DNA of 64,000 nucleotides from the human T2T-CHM13v2.0 reference genome, Homo sapiens (GCF_009914755.1 NC_060939.1); one strand, 5' to 3'; positions 44,701 through 59,600 are shown, counted from the first letter of the stretch. Translations and numbers: made by a program. Notes: generated from the sequence alone by a model not told the origin.

Positions 44701-45100
44701 CAATCCATTCGATTCCATTCCATTCGAGCACATTCCATTCGAGTCCATTCCATTCGATGCCATTCCATTTGATTCTATTCCATTAGTCTCCATTCAATTC
44801 CATTAATCTCCATTCCATTCCATTCTACTCCAACTGATTCCATTCCATTCTATTCCTTTCCATTCCATTTCATTCCATTCCATTCCATTTCATTCCATTC
44901 CATTCCATTCCCTTCATTCCATTCGTGTCCATTCCACTCCAGTCCATTCCATTCGTGTCCATTCCATTCCAGTCCATTCCATTTGTGTCCACTGCATTCC
45001 ATTCCACTCCATTCCATATTAATCCATTACACTCTCTTCCATTCTATTACTTTCATTTCCATTCAATTCCATTCCATTTGATTCCATTCCACTCGGTTTC
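35790..45100 (+). repeat. Sub-domain 3: 5461 bp (3-unit) repeat offset plus a tandem pair of 1833 bp variant units (U21, U24, U25)
   Basis: GTCCCTTCC (35794/41255), the 15 bp duplication GTACCATTCCATATT (36074/41535) and CCAGTTCATT (36761/42222) recur at +5461. The 1833 bp units share a 25 bp duplication and a 1 bp deletion (CCCTTCATTCC near 37617, 43078 and 44911). Confidence 0.88.
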
Positions 45101-45899
45101 ATTCCATTTGAGTCCACTCCATTCCATTCCATTCCATTCCATTCAGTTCCATTCCATTCTGTTCCATTCCATTCCGTTCCATTACATTCCATTCCATTCG
45201 GTACCATTCCATATTGTTCCATTCGATTCCATTCGAATCCATTCCATTCCAGTCCATTCCATTCGATTCCATTCCATTCATTTCAATTCCATTCCATTCC
45301 ATTCCATTACATTCCACTTGATTCCTCTCCATTCCCTTCCACTGCATTCCGTTCGATTCCATTCCATTGCATTGCATTCCATTCCATTGGATTGCATTCC
45401 ATTCGATTCCATTCCATTCGAATCAATTACATAGCAATCCATTACATTCGAGTCTATTCTATTCCGTTCCATTCGATTTTGTTCCAATCCATTCGATTCC
45501 ATTCCATTCGATTCCATTCCATACTATTGCATTCCATTCGATTACATTATATTCGAATAAGTTCCATTCAAGACCATTTCTTTTGAGTCCATTCTATTTG
45601 AGTCCATTCCCTTTGATTCCATAACATTTGAGTCCATTCAATTCCATTCCTTTCGTTTCCATTCCATTTGATGCCATTCCATTCAATTCGGTTCTACTCG
45701 ACTCCAATACATTCAATTCCATTCCATCCGATTCCATTACATTCTTTTCATTTCTTATCCATTTCAAGCCATTCCACTCCATTCCATTCCACTCGTTTCC
45801 TTTCCATTCGAGTCCATTCCTCTCCAGTCCATTCCGTTCAATCCATTCCATTCCAGTCCATTCCATTCGAGTCCGTTCCATTCCAGTCCATTCCATTCG

Positions 45900-48800
45900 A
45901 GTCAATTCCATTCCATTCGATGTCTTTCCATAACGATCCATTCCATTCTATTCCTTTCGATTCCATTCCATTCTATTTCATTCCATTCGATTCCTTTCCA
46001 TTGGACTCCTTTCCATTCGAGTGCATTCCATTCCGTTCCATTTCTTTCCGTTCTGTACGATTCCTACCGTTCGATTTCATTTTGTTCCAGTCCATTCCTT
46101 TGGCGTCCATTCCATTCCATTTCACTCCATTCGATTCCATTCCACTCGATTCCACTTCGTTCCATTTCATTGCATTCCATTCAATTCAACTCTATTGCCT
46201 TCCATTGCATTCCATTCGATTACATTCCATGCGATTCCATTCGAAATCGAATCAATTACATTGCAATCCATTACTATTGAGTCCGTTTTTTTCCAGTCCA
46301 CTGCATTCTGGTCCATTCCATTTGATTCCATTCCATTCTATTCCATTCCATACAGTTGCATTCCATTGGATTCCATTCTATCTCTATAAATTCAATTGGA
46401 GACCACTGCTTTGGAGTCCATTCTATATGATTCCATTCCATTCAAGTCCATTACATTTGGTTCAATTCCATTCCATTCCATTCCCTTCCATTCCATTCCT
46501 GTTGATATCAATCCATTCGATTCCATTCCATTCGAGCACATTCCATTCAAGTCCATTCCATTCGATGCCATTCCATTTGATTCTATTAAATTAGTCTCCA
46601 TTCAATTCCATTAATCTCCATTCCATTCCATTCTACTCCAACTGATTCCATTCCATTCTATTCCTTTCCATTCCATTTCATTCCATTCCATTCCATTCCA
46701 TTCCATTCCATTCCATTCGTGTCCATTCCACTCCAGTCCATTCCATTCGTGTCCATTCCATTCCAGTCCATTCCATTTGTGTCCACTGCATTCCATTCCA
46801 CTCCATTCCATATTAATCCATTACACTCCATTCCATTCTATTACTTTCATTTCCATTCAATTCCATTCCATTTGATTGCATTCCACTCGGTTTCATTCCA
46901 TTTGAGTCCACTCCATTCCATTCCATTCCATTCCATTCAGTTCCATTCCATTCTGTTCCAATCCATTCCATTCCATTGCATTCCATTCCATTCGGTACCA
47001 TTCCATATTGTTCCATTCGATTCCATTCGAATCCATTCCATTCCAGTCCATTCCATTCGATTCCATTCCATTCCTTTACATTCCTTTCCATTCCATTCCA
47101 TTCCACTTGATTCCACTCCATTCCCTTCCACTGCATTCCATTCGATTCCATTCCATTGCATTGCATTCCATTCCATTGGACTGCATTCCATTCGATTCCA
47201 TTCTTTTCGAATCAATTACTTAGCAATCCATTACATTCGAGTCTATTCTATTCCGTTCCATTCGATTTCGTTCCAATCCATTCGATTCCATTCCATTCGA
47301 TTCCATTCCATACTATTGCATTCCATTCTATTACATTATATTCGAATAAGTTCCGTTAAAGACCATTTCTTTTGAGTCCATTCTATTTGAGTCCATTCCC
47401 TTTGATTCCATAACATTTGAGTCCATTCAATTCCATTCCTTTCGTTTCCATTCCATTTGATGCCATTCCATTCAATTCTGTTCTACTCGACTCCAATACA
47501 TTCAATTCCATTCCATCCGATTCCATTACATTCTTTTCATTTCTTATCCATTTCAAGCCATTCCACTCCATTCCATTCCACTCGTTTCCTTTCCATTCGA
47601 GTCCATTCCTTTCCAGTCCATTCCGTTCAATCCATTCCATTCCAGTCCATTCCATTCGAGTCCGTTCCATTCCAGTCCATTCCATTCGAGTCAATTCCAT
47701 TCCATTCGATGTCTTTCCATAACGATCCATTCCATTCTATTCCTTTCGATTCCATTCCATTCTATTTCATTCCATTCGATTCCCTTCCATTGGACTCCTT
47801 TCCATTCGAGTGCATTCCATTCCGTTCCATTTCTTTCCGTTCTGTACGATTCCTACCGTTCGATTTCATTTTGTTCCAGTCCATTCCTTTCGCGTCCATT
47901 CCATTCCATTTCACTCCATTCGATTCCATTCCACTCGATTCCACTTCGTTCCATTTAATTGCATTCCATTCTATTCAACTCTGTTGCCTTCCATTCCATT
48001 CCATTCGATTACATTCCATGCGATTCCATTTGAAATCGAATCAATTACATTGCAATCCATTACTATTGAGTCCGTTTTATTCCAGTCCACTGCATTCTGG
48101 TCCATTCCGTTTGATTCCATTCCATTCTATTCCATTTCACACAGTTGCATTCCATTGGATTCCATTCTATATCTTTAAATTCAATTCGAGACCATTGCTT
48201 TTGAGTCCATTCTATATGATTCCATTCCATTCAATTCCATTACATTTGGATCAATTCCATTCCATTCCATTCCCTTCCATTCCATTCCAATTGATATCAA
48301 TCCATTCGATTCCATTCCATTCGAGCACATTCCATTCGAGTCCATTCCATTCGATGCCATTCCATTTGATTCTATTCCATTAGTCTCCATTCAATTCCAT
48401 TATTCTCCATTCCATTCCATTCTACTCCAACTGATTCCATTCCATTCTATTCCTTTCCATTCCATTTCATTCCATTGCATTCCATTTCATTCCATTCCAT
48501 TCCATTCGTGTCCATTCCACTCCAGTCCATTCCATTCGTGTCCATTCCATTCCAGTCCATTACATTTGTGTCCACTGCATTCCATTCCACTCCATTCCAT
48601 ATTATTCCATTTCACTCCATTCCATTCTATTACTTTCATTTCCATTCAATTCCATTCCATTTGATTCCATTCCACTCGGTTTCATTCCATTTGAGTCCAC
48701 TCCATTCCATTCCATTCCATTCCATTCACTTCCATTCCATTCTGTCCCATTCCATTCCGTTCCATTGCATTCCATTCCATTCGGTACCATTCCATATTGT

Positions 48801-49900
48801 TCCATTCGATTCCATTCGAATCCATTCCATTCCAGTCCATTCCATTCGATTCCATTCCATTCCTTTCAATTCCATTCCATTCCATTCCATTCCACTTGAT
48901 TCCACTCCATTCCCTTCCACTGCATTCCATTCGATTCCATTCCATTGTATTGCATTCCATTCGATTGGATTTCATTCCATTCGATTCTATTCCATTCGAA
49001 TCAATTACATAGCAGTCCATTACATTTGAGTCTATTCTATTCCGTTCCATTCGATTTCGTTCCAATCAATTCGATTCCATTCCATTCGATTCCATTCCAT
49101 ACTATTGCATTCCATTCTATTACATTATATTCGAATAAGTTCCATTCAAGACCATTTGTTTTGAGTCCATTCTATTTGAGTCCATTCCCTTTGATTCCAT
49201 AACATTTGAGTCCATTCAATTCCATTCCTTTCGTTTCCATTCCAATTGATGCCATTCCGTTCAATTCTGTTCTACTCGACTCCAATACATTCAATTCCAT
49301 TCCATCCGATTCCATTACATTCTTTTCATTTCTTCTCCATTTCAAGCCATTCCACTCCATTCCATTCCACTCGTTTCCTTTCCATTCGAGTCCATTCCAC
49401 TCCAGTCCATTCCATTCATGTCCAATCCATTCCAGTCCATTCCATTTGTGTCCACTGCATTCCATTCCACTCCATTCCATATTATTCCATTACACTCCAT
49501 TCCATTCTATTACTTTCATTTCCATTCAATTCCATTCCATTTGATTCCATTCCACTCGGTTTCATTCCATTTGAGTCCACTCCATTCCATTCCATTCCAT
49601 TCCATTCAGTTCCATTCCATTCTGTTCCAATCCATTCCATTCCATTGCATTCCATTCCATTCGGTACCATTCTATATTGTTCCATTCGATTCCATTCGAA
49701 TCCATTCCATTCCAGTCCATTCCATTCGATTCCATTCCATTCCTTTACATTCCATTCCATTCCATTCCATTCCATTCCACTTGATTCCTCTCCATTCCCT
49801 TCCACTGCATTCCATTCGATTCCATTCCATTGCATTGCATTCCATTCCATTGGACAGCATTCCATTCGATTCCATTCCTTTCGAATCAATTACATAGCAA
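45900..49900 (+). repeat. More diverged units (U26-U28), rich in private substitutions
   Basis: Many singletons, e.g. TTGGCGTCC (~46102), CTATTAAATTAG (~46586), CCGTTAAAGAC (~47355), ATCTTTAAAT (~48175) and AGCAGTCC (~49015). Confidence 0.8.
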
Positions 49901-50685
49901 TCCATTACATTCGAGTCTATTCTATTCCTTTCCATTCCATTTCATTCCATTCCATTCCATTCCATTCCATTCCATTCCATTCCATTCGTGTCCATTCCAC
50001 TCCAGTCCATTCCATTCGTATCCATTCCATTCCAGTCCATTCCATTTGTGTCCACTGCATTCCATTCCACTCCATTCCATATTATTCCATTACACTCCAT
50101 TCCATTCTATTACTTTCATTTCCATTCAATTCCATTCCATTTGATTCCATTCCACTCGGTTTCATTCCATTTGAGTCCACTCCATTCCATTCCATTCCAT
50201 TCAGTTCCATTCCATTCTGTTCCATTCCATTCCGTTCCATTACATTCCATTCCATTCAGTACCATTCCATATTGTTCCATTCGATTCCATTCGAATCCAT
50301 TCCATTCCAGTCCATTCCATTCGATTCCATTCCATTCATTTCAATTCCATTCCATTCCATTCCATTACATTCCACTTGATTCCTCTCCATTCCCTTCCAC
50401 TGCATTCCGTTCGATTCCATTCCATTGCATTGCATTCCATTCCATTGGATTGCATTCCATTCGATTCCATTCCATTCGAATCAATTACATAGCAATCCAT
50501 TACATTCGAGTCTATTCTCTTCCGTTCCATTCGATTTCGTTCCAATCCATTCGATTCTATTCCATTCGATTCCATTCCATACTATTGCATTCCATTCGAT
50601 TACATTATATTCGAATAAGTTCCATTCAAGACCATTTCTTTTGAGTCCATTCTATTTGAGTCCATTCCCTTTGATTCCATAACAT
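49206..50685 (+). repeat. Structurally rearranged 1480 bp unit (U28): ~909 bp deletion plus ~590 bp back-jump duplication
   Basis: Anchor spacing is 1480 bp. The unit lacks the CTGTACG, TATAAAT and GATATC landmarks and contains the GTGTCCACTG...GGTACC...TAGCAATCC segment twice (~49400-49925 and ~49990-50520). Confidence 0.92.
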
Positions 50686-53600
50686 TTGAGTCCATTCAAT
50701 TCCATTCCTTTCGTTTCCATTCCATTTGATGCCATTCCATTCAATTCTGTTCTACTCGACTCCAATACATTCAATTCCATTCCATCCGATTCCATTACAT
50801 TCTTTTCATTTCTTATCCATTTCAAGCCATTCCACTCCATTCCATTCCACTCGTTTCCTTTCCATTCGAGTCCATTCCTCTCCAGTCCATTCCGTTCAAT
50901 CCATTCCATTCCAGTCCATTCCATTCGAGTCCGTTCCATTCCAGTCCATTCCATTCGAGTCAATTCCATTCCATTCGATGTCTTTCCATAACGATCCATT
51001 CCATTCTATTCCTTTCGATTCCATTCCATTCTATTTCATTCCATTCGATTCCCTTCCATTGGACTCCTTTCCATTCGAGTGCATTCCATTCCGTTCCATT
51101 TCTTTCCGTTCTGTACAATTCCTACCGTTCGATTTCATTTTGTTCCAGTCCATTCTTTCGCGTCCATTCCATTCCATTTCACTCCATTCGATTCCATTCC
51201 ACTCGATTCCACTTCGTTCCATTTCATTGCATTCCATTCTATTCAACTCTATTGCCTTCCATTCCATTCCATTCCATTACATTCCATGCGATTCCATTCG
51301 AAATCGAATCAATTACATTGCAATCCATTACTATTGAGTCCGTTTTATTCCAGTCCACTGCATTCTGGTCCATTCCATTTGATTCCATTCCATTCTATTC
51401 CATTCCATACAGTTGCATTCCATTGGATTCCATGCTATATCTATAAATTCAATTCGAGACCATTGCTTTTGAGTCCATTCTATATGATTCCATTCCATTC
51501 AAGTCCATTACATTTGGTTAAATTCCATTCCATTCGGTTCAATTCCATTCCATTCCATTCCCTTCCATTCCATTCCAGTTGATATCAATCCATTCGATTC
51601 CATTCCATTCGAGCACATTCCATTCGAGTCCATTCCATTTGATTCTATTCCATTAGTCTCCATTCAATTCCATTAATCTCCATTCCATTCCATTCTACTA
51701 CAACTGATTCCATTCCATTCTATTCCTTTCCATTCCATTTCATTCCATTCCATTCCATTCCATTCCATTCCATTCCACTCCATTCGTGTCCATTCCACTC
51801 CAGTCCATTCCATTCGTATCCATTCCATTCCAGTCCATTCCATTTGTGTCCACTGCATTCCATTCCACTCCATTCCATATTATTCCATTACACTCCATTC
51901 CATTCTATTACTTTCATTTCCATTCAATTCCATTCCATTTGATTCCATTCCACTCGGTTTCATTCCATTTGAGTCCACTCCATTCCATTCCATTCCATTC
52001 AGTTCCATTCCATTCTGTTCCATTCCATTCCGTTCCATTACATTCCATTCCATTCGGTACCATTCCATATTGTTCCATTCGATTCCATTCGAATCCATTC
52101 CATTCCAGTCCATTCCATTCGATTCCATTCCATTCATTTCAATTCCATTCCATTCCATTCCATTACATTCCACTTGATTCCTCTCCATTCCCTTCCACTG
52201 CATTCCGTTCGATTCCATTCCATTGCATTGCATTCCATTCCATTGGATTGCATTCCATTCGATTCCATTCCATTCGAATCAATTACATAGCAATCCATTA
52301 CATTCGAGTCTATTCTATTCCGTTCCATTCGATTTCGTTCCAATCCATTCGATTCCATTCCATTCGATTCCATTCCATACTATTGCATTCCATTCGATTA
52401 CATTATATTCGAATAAGTTCCATTCAAGACCATTTCTTTTGAGTCCATTCTATTTGAGTCCATTCCCTTTGATTCCATAACATTTGAGTCCATTCAATTC
52501 CATTCCTTTCGTTTCCATTCCATTTGATGCCATTCCATTCAATTCTGTTCTACTCGACTCCAATACATTCAATTCCATTCCATCCGATTCCATTACATTC
52601 TTTTCATTTCTTATCCATTTCAAGCCATTCCACTCCATTCCATTCCACTCGTTTCCTTTCCATTCGAGTCCATTCCTCTCCAGTCCATTCCGTTCAATCC
52701 ATTCCATTCCAGTCCATTCCATTCGAGTCCGTTCCATTCCAGTCCATTCCATTCGAGTCAATTCCATTCCATTCGATGTCTTTCCATAACGATCCATTCC
52801 ATTCTATTCCTTTCGATTCCATTCCATTCTATTTCATTCCATTCGATTCCCTTCCATTGGACTCCTTTCCATTCGAGTGCATTCCATTCCGTTCCATTTC
52901 TTTCCGTTCTGTACGATTCCTACCGTTCGATTTCATTTTGTTCCAGTCCATTCTTTCGCGTCCATTCCATTCCATTTCACTCCATTCGATTCCATTCCAC
53001 TCGATTCCACTTCGTTCCATTTCATTGCATTCCATTCTATTCAACTCTATTGCCTTCCATTCCATTCCATTCGATTACATTCCATGCGATTCCATTCGAA
53101 ATCGAATCAATTACATTGCAATCCATTACTATTGAGTCCGTTTTATTCCAGTCCACTGCATTCTGGTCCATTCCATTTGATTCCATTCCATTCTATTCCA
53201 TTCCATACAGTTGCATTCCATTGGATTCCATGCTATATCTATAAATTCAATTCGAGACCATTGCTTTTGAGTCCATTCTATATGATTCCATTCCATTCAA
53301 GTCCATTACATTTGGTTAAATTCCATTCCATTCGGTTCAATTCCATTCCATTCCATTCCCTTCCATTCCATTCCAGTTGATATCAATCCATTCGATTCCA
53401 TTCCATTCGAGCACATTCCATTCGAGTCCATTCCATTCGATGCCATTCCATTTGATTCTATTCCATTAGTCTCCATTCAATTCCATTAATCTCCATTCCA
53501 TTCCATTCTACTCCAACTGATTCCATTCCATTCTATTCCTTTCCAGTCCATTTCATTCCATTCCATTCCATTCCATTCCATTCCATTCCATTCGTGTCCA

Positions 53601-56600
53601 TTCCACTCCAGTCCATTCCATTCGTATCCATTCCATTCCAGTCCATTCCATTTGTGTCCACTGCATTCCATTCCACTCCATTCCATATTATTCCATTACA
53701 CTCCATTCCATTCTATTACTTTCATTTCCATTCAATTCCATTCCATTTGATTCCATTCCACTCGGTTTCATTCCATTTGAGTCCACTCCATTCCATTCCA
53801 TTCCATTCAGTTCCATTCCATTCTGTTCCATTCCATTCCGTTCCATTACATTCCATTCCATTCGGTACCATTCCATATTGTTCCATTCGATTCCATTCGA
53901 ATCCATTCCATTCCAGTCCATTCCATTCGATTCCATTCCATTCATTTCAATTCCATTCCATTCCATTCCATTACATTCCACTTGATTCCTCTCCATTCCC
54001 TTCCACTGCATTCCGTTCGATTCCATTCCATTGCATTGCATTCCATTCCATTGGATTGCATTCCATTCGATTCCATTCCATTCGAATCAATTACATAGCA
54101 ATCCATTACATTCGAGTCTATTCTCTTCCGTTCCATTCGATTTCGTTCCAATCCATTCGATTCCATTCCATTCGATTCCATTCCATACTATTGCATTCCA
54201 TTCGATTACATTATATTCGAATAAGTTCCATTCAAGACCATTTCTTTTGAGTCCATTCTATTTGAGTCCATTCCCTTTGATTCCATAACATTTGAGTCCA
54301 TTCAATTCCATTCCTTTCGTTTCCATTCCATTTGATGCCATTCCATTCAATTCTGTTCTACTCGACTCCAATACATTCAATTCCATTCCATCCGATTCCA
54401 TTACATTCTTTTCATTTCTTATCCATTTCAAGCCATTCCACTCCATTCCATTCCACTCGTTTCCTTTCCATTCGAGTCCATTCCTCTCCAGTCCATTCCG
54501 TTCAATCCATTCCATTCCAGTCCATTCCATTCGAGTCCGTTCCATTCCAGTCCATTCCATTCGAGTCAATTCCATTCCATTCGATGTCTTTCCATAACGA
54601 TCCATTCCATTCTATTCCTTTCGATTCCATTCCATTCTATTTCATTCCATTCGATTCCCTTCCATTGGACTCCTTTCCATTCGAGTGCATTCCATTCCGT
54701 TCCATTTCTTTCCGTTCTGTACAATTCCTACCGTTCGATTTCATTTTGTTCCAGTCCATTCTTTCGCGTCCATTCCATTCCATTTCACTCCATTCGATTC
54801 CATTCCACTCGATTCCACTTCGTTCCATTTCATTGCATTCCATTCTATTCAACTCTATTGCCTTCCATTCCATTCCATTCCATTACATTCCATGCGATTC
54901 CATTCGAAATCGAATCAATTACATTGCAATCCATTACTATTGAGTCCGTTTTATTCCAGTCCACTGCATTCTGGTCCATTCCATTTGATTCCATTCCATT
55001 CTATTCCATTCCATACAGTTGCATTCCATTGGATTCCATGCTATATCTATAAATTCAATTCGAGACCATTGCTTTTGAGTCCATTCTATATGATTCCATT
55101 CCATTCAAGTCCATTACATTTGGTTAAATTCCATTCCATTCGGTTCAATTCCATTCCATTCCATTCCCTTCCATTCCATTCCAGTTGATATCAATCCATT
55201 CGATTCCATTCCATTCGAGCACATTCCATTCGAGTCCATTCCATTTGATTCTATTCCATTAGTCTCCATTCAATTCCATTAATCTCCATTCCATTCCATT
55301 CTACTCCAACTGATTCCATTCCATTCTATTCCTTTCCATTCCATTTCATTCCATTCCATTCCATTCCATTCCATTCCATTCCACTCCATTCGTGTCCATT
55401 CCACTCCAGTCCATTCCATTCGTATCCATTCCATTCCAGTCCATTCCATTTGTGTCCACTGCATTCCATTCCACTCCATTCCATATTATTCCATTACACT
55501 CCATTCCATTCTATTACTTTCATTTCCATTCAATTCCATTCCATTTGATTCCATTCCACTCGGTTTCATTCCATTTGAGTCCACTCCATTCCATTCCATT
55601 CCATTCAGTTCCATTCCATTCTGTTCCATTCCATTCCGTTCCATTACATTCCATTCCATTCGGTACCATTCCATATTGTTCCATTCGATTCCATTCGAAT
55701 CCATTCCATTCCAGTCCATTCCATTCGATTCCATTCCATTCATTTCAATTCCATTCCATTCCATTCCATTACATTCCACTTGATTCCTCTCCATTCCCTT
55801 CCACTGCATTCCGTTCGATTCCATTCCATTGCATTGCATTCCATTCCATTGGATTGCATTCCATTCGATTCCATTCCATTCGAATCAATTACATAGCAAT
55901 CCATTACATTCGAGTCTATTCTATTCCGTTCCATTCGATTTCGTTCCAATCCATTCGATTCCATTCCATTCGATTCCATTCCATACTATTGCATTCCATT
56001 CGATTACATTATATTCGAATAAGTTCCATTCAAGACCATTTCTTTTGAGTCCATTCTATTTGAGTCCATTCCCTTTGATTCCATAACATTTGAGTCCATT
56101 CAATTCCATTCCTTTCGTTTCCATTCCATTTGATGCCATTCCATTCAATTCTGTTCTACTCGACTCCAATACATTCAATTCCATTCCATCCGATTCCATT
56201 ACATTCTTTTAATTTCTTATCCATTTCAAGCCATTCCACTCCATTCCATTCCACTCGTTTCCTTTCCATTCGAGTCCATTCCTCTCCAGTCCATTCCGTT
56301 CAATCCATTCCATTCCAGTCCATTCCATTCGAGTCCGTTCCATTCCAGTCCATTCCATTCGAGTCAATTCCATTCCATTCGATGTCTTTCCATAACGATC
56401 CATTCCATTCTATTCCTTTCGATTCCATTCCATTCTATTTCATTCCATTCGATTCCCTTCCATTGGACTCTTTCCATTCGAGTGCATTCCATTCCGTTCC
56501 ATTTCTTTCCGTTCTGTACGATTCCTACCGTTCGATTTCATTTTGTTCCAGTCCATTCTTTCGCGTCCATTCCATTCCATTTCACTCCATTCGATTCCAT

Positions 56601-59600
56601 TCCACTCGATTCCACTTCGTTCCATTTCATTGCATTCCATTCTATTCAACTCTATTGCCTTCCATTCCATTCCATTCGATTACATTCCATGCGATTCCAT
56701 TCGAAATCGAATCAATTACATTGCAATCCATTACTATTGAGTCCGTTTTATTCCAGTCCACTGCATTCTGGTCCATTCCATTTGATTCCATTCCATTCTA
56801 TTCCATTCCATACAGTTGCATTCCATTGGATTCCATGCTATATCTATAAATTCAATTCGAGACCATTGCTTTTGAGTCCATTCTATATGATTCCATTCCA
56901 TTCAAGTCCATTACATTTGGTTAAATTCCATTCCATTCGGTTCAATTCCATTCCATTCCATTCCCTTCCATTCCATTCCAGTTGATATCAATCCATTCGA
57001 TTCCATTCCATTCGAGCACATTCCATTCGAGTCCATTCCATTCGATGCCATTCCATTTGATTCTATTCCATTAGTCTCCATTCAATTCCATTAATCTCCA
57101 TTCCATTCCATTCTACTCCAACTGATTCCATTCCATTCTATTCCTTTCCAGTCCATTTCATTCCATTCCATTCCATTCCATTCCATTCCATTCCATTCGT
57201 GTCCATTCCACTCCAGTCCATTCCATTCGTATCCATTCCATTCCAGTCCATTCCATTTGTGTCCACTGCATTCCATTCCACTCCATTCCATATTATTCCA
57301 TTACACTCCATTCCATTCTATTACTTTCATTTCCATTCAATTCCATTCCATTTGATTCCATTCCACTCGGTTTCATTCCATTTGAGTCCACTCCATTCCA
57401 TTCCATTCCATTCAGTTCCATTCCATTCTGTTCCATTCCATTCCGTTCCATTACATTCCATTCCATTCGGTACCATTCCATATTGTTCCATTCGATTCCA
57501 TTCGAATCCATTCCATTCCAGTCCATTCCATTCGATTCCATTCCATTCATTTCAATTCCATTCCATTCCATTACATTACATTCCACTTGATTCCTCTCCA
57601 TTCCCTTCCACTGCATTCCGTTCGATTCCATTCCATTGCATTGCATTCCATTCCATTGGATTGCATTCCATTCGATTCCATTCCATTCGAATCAATTACA
57701 TAGCAATCCATTACATTCGAGTCTATTCTCTTCCGTTCCATTCGATTTCGTTCCAATCCATTCGATTCCATTCCATTCGATTCCATTCCATACTATTGCA
57801 TTCCATTCGATTACATTATATTCGAATAAGTTCCATTCAAGACCATTTCTTTTGAGTCCATTCTATTTGAGTCCATTCCCTTTGATTCCATAACATTTGA
57901 GTCCATTCAATTCCATTCCTTTCGTTTCCATTCCATTTGATGCCATTCCATTCAATTCTGTTCTACTCGACTCCAATACATTCAATTCCATTCCATCCGA
58001 TTCCATTACATTCTTTTCATTTCTTATCCATTTCAAGCCATTCCACTCCATTCCATTCCACTCGTTTCCTTTCCATTCGAGTCCATTCCTCTCCAGTCCA
58101 TTCCGTTCAATCCATTCCATTCCAGTCCATTCCATTCGAGTCCGTTCCATTCCAGTCCATTCCATTCGAGTCAATTCCATTCCATTCGATGTCTTTCCAT
58201 AACGATCCATTCCATTCTATTCCTTTCGATTCCATTCCATTCTATTTCATTCCATTCGATTCCCTTCCATTGGACTCCTTTCCATTCGAGTGCATTCCAT
58301 TCCGTTCCATTCCTTTCCGTTCTGTACGATTCCTACCGTTCGATTTCATTTTGGTCCAGTCCATTCTTTCGCGTCCATTCCATTCCATTTCACTCCATTC
58401 GATTCCATTCCACTCGATTCCACTTCGTTCCATTTCATTGCATTCCATTCTATTCAACTCTATTGCCTTCCATTCCATTCCATTCGATTACATTCCATGC
58501 GATTCCATTCGAAATCGAATCAATTACATTGCAATCCATTACTATTTAGTCCGTTTTATTCCAGTCCACTGCATTCTGGTCCATTCCATTTGATTCCATT
58601 CCATTCTATTCCATTCCATACAGTTGCATTCCATTGGATTCCATGCTATATCTATAAATTCAATTCGAGACCATTGCTTTTGAGTCCATTCTATATGATT
58701 CCATTCCATTCAAGTCCATTACATTTGGTTAAATTCCATTCCATTCGGTTCAATTCCATTCCATTCCATTCCCTTCCATTCCATTCCAGTTGATATCAAT
58801 CCATTCGATTCCATTCCATTCGAGCACATTCCATTCGAGTCCATTCCATTCGATGCCATTCCATTTGATTCTATTCCATTAGTCTCCATTCAATTCCATT
58901 AATCTCCATTCCATTCCATTCTACTCCAACTGATTCCATTCCATTCTATTCCTTTCCAGTCCATTTCATTCCATTCCATTCCATTCCATTCCATTCCATT
59001 CGTGTCCATTCCACTCCAGTCCATTCCATTCGTATCCATTCCATTCCAGTCCATTCCATTTGTGTCCACTGCATTCCATTCCACTCCATTCCATATTATT
59101 CCATTACACTCCATTCCATTCTATTACTTTCATTTCCATTCAATTCCATTCCATTTGATTCCATTCCACTCGGTTTCATTCCATTTGAGTCCACTCCATT
59201 CCATTCCATTCCATTCAGTTCCATTCCATTCTGTTCCATTCCATTCCGTTCCATTACATTCCATTCCATTCGGTACCATTCCATATTGTTCCATTCGATT
59301 CCATTCGAATCCATTCCATTCCAGTCCATTCCATTCGATTCCATTCCATTCATTTCAATTCCATTCCATTCCATTCCATTACATTCCACTTGATTCCTCT
59401 CCATTCCCTTCCACTGCATTCCGTTCGATTCCATTCCATTGCATTGCATTCCATTCCATTGGATTGCATTCCATTCGATTCCATTCCATTCGAATCAATT
59501 ACATAGCAATCCATTACATTCGAGTCTATTCTCTTCCGTTCCATTCGATTTCGTTCCAATCCATTCGATTCCATTCCATTCGATTCCATTCCATACTATT

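Noticed and set aside
49943-49987. Pathogenic-type (TGGAA)n microsatellite expansion or a special non-B DNA element
   Set aside because: Perfect runs are short (about 9 pentamers at most by eye) and sit in ordinary satellite context. Hairpin or i-motif potential is generic to HSat3.
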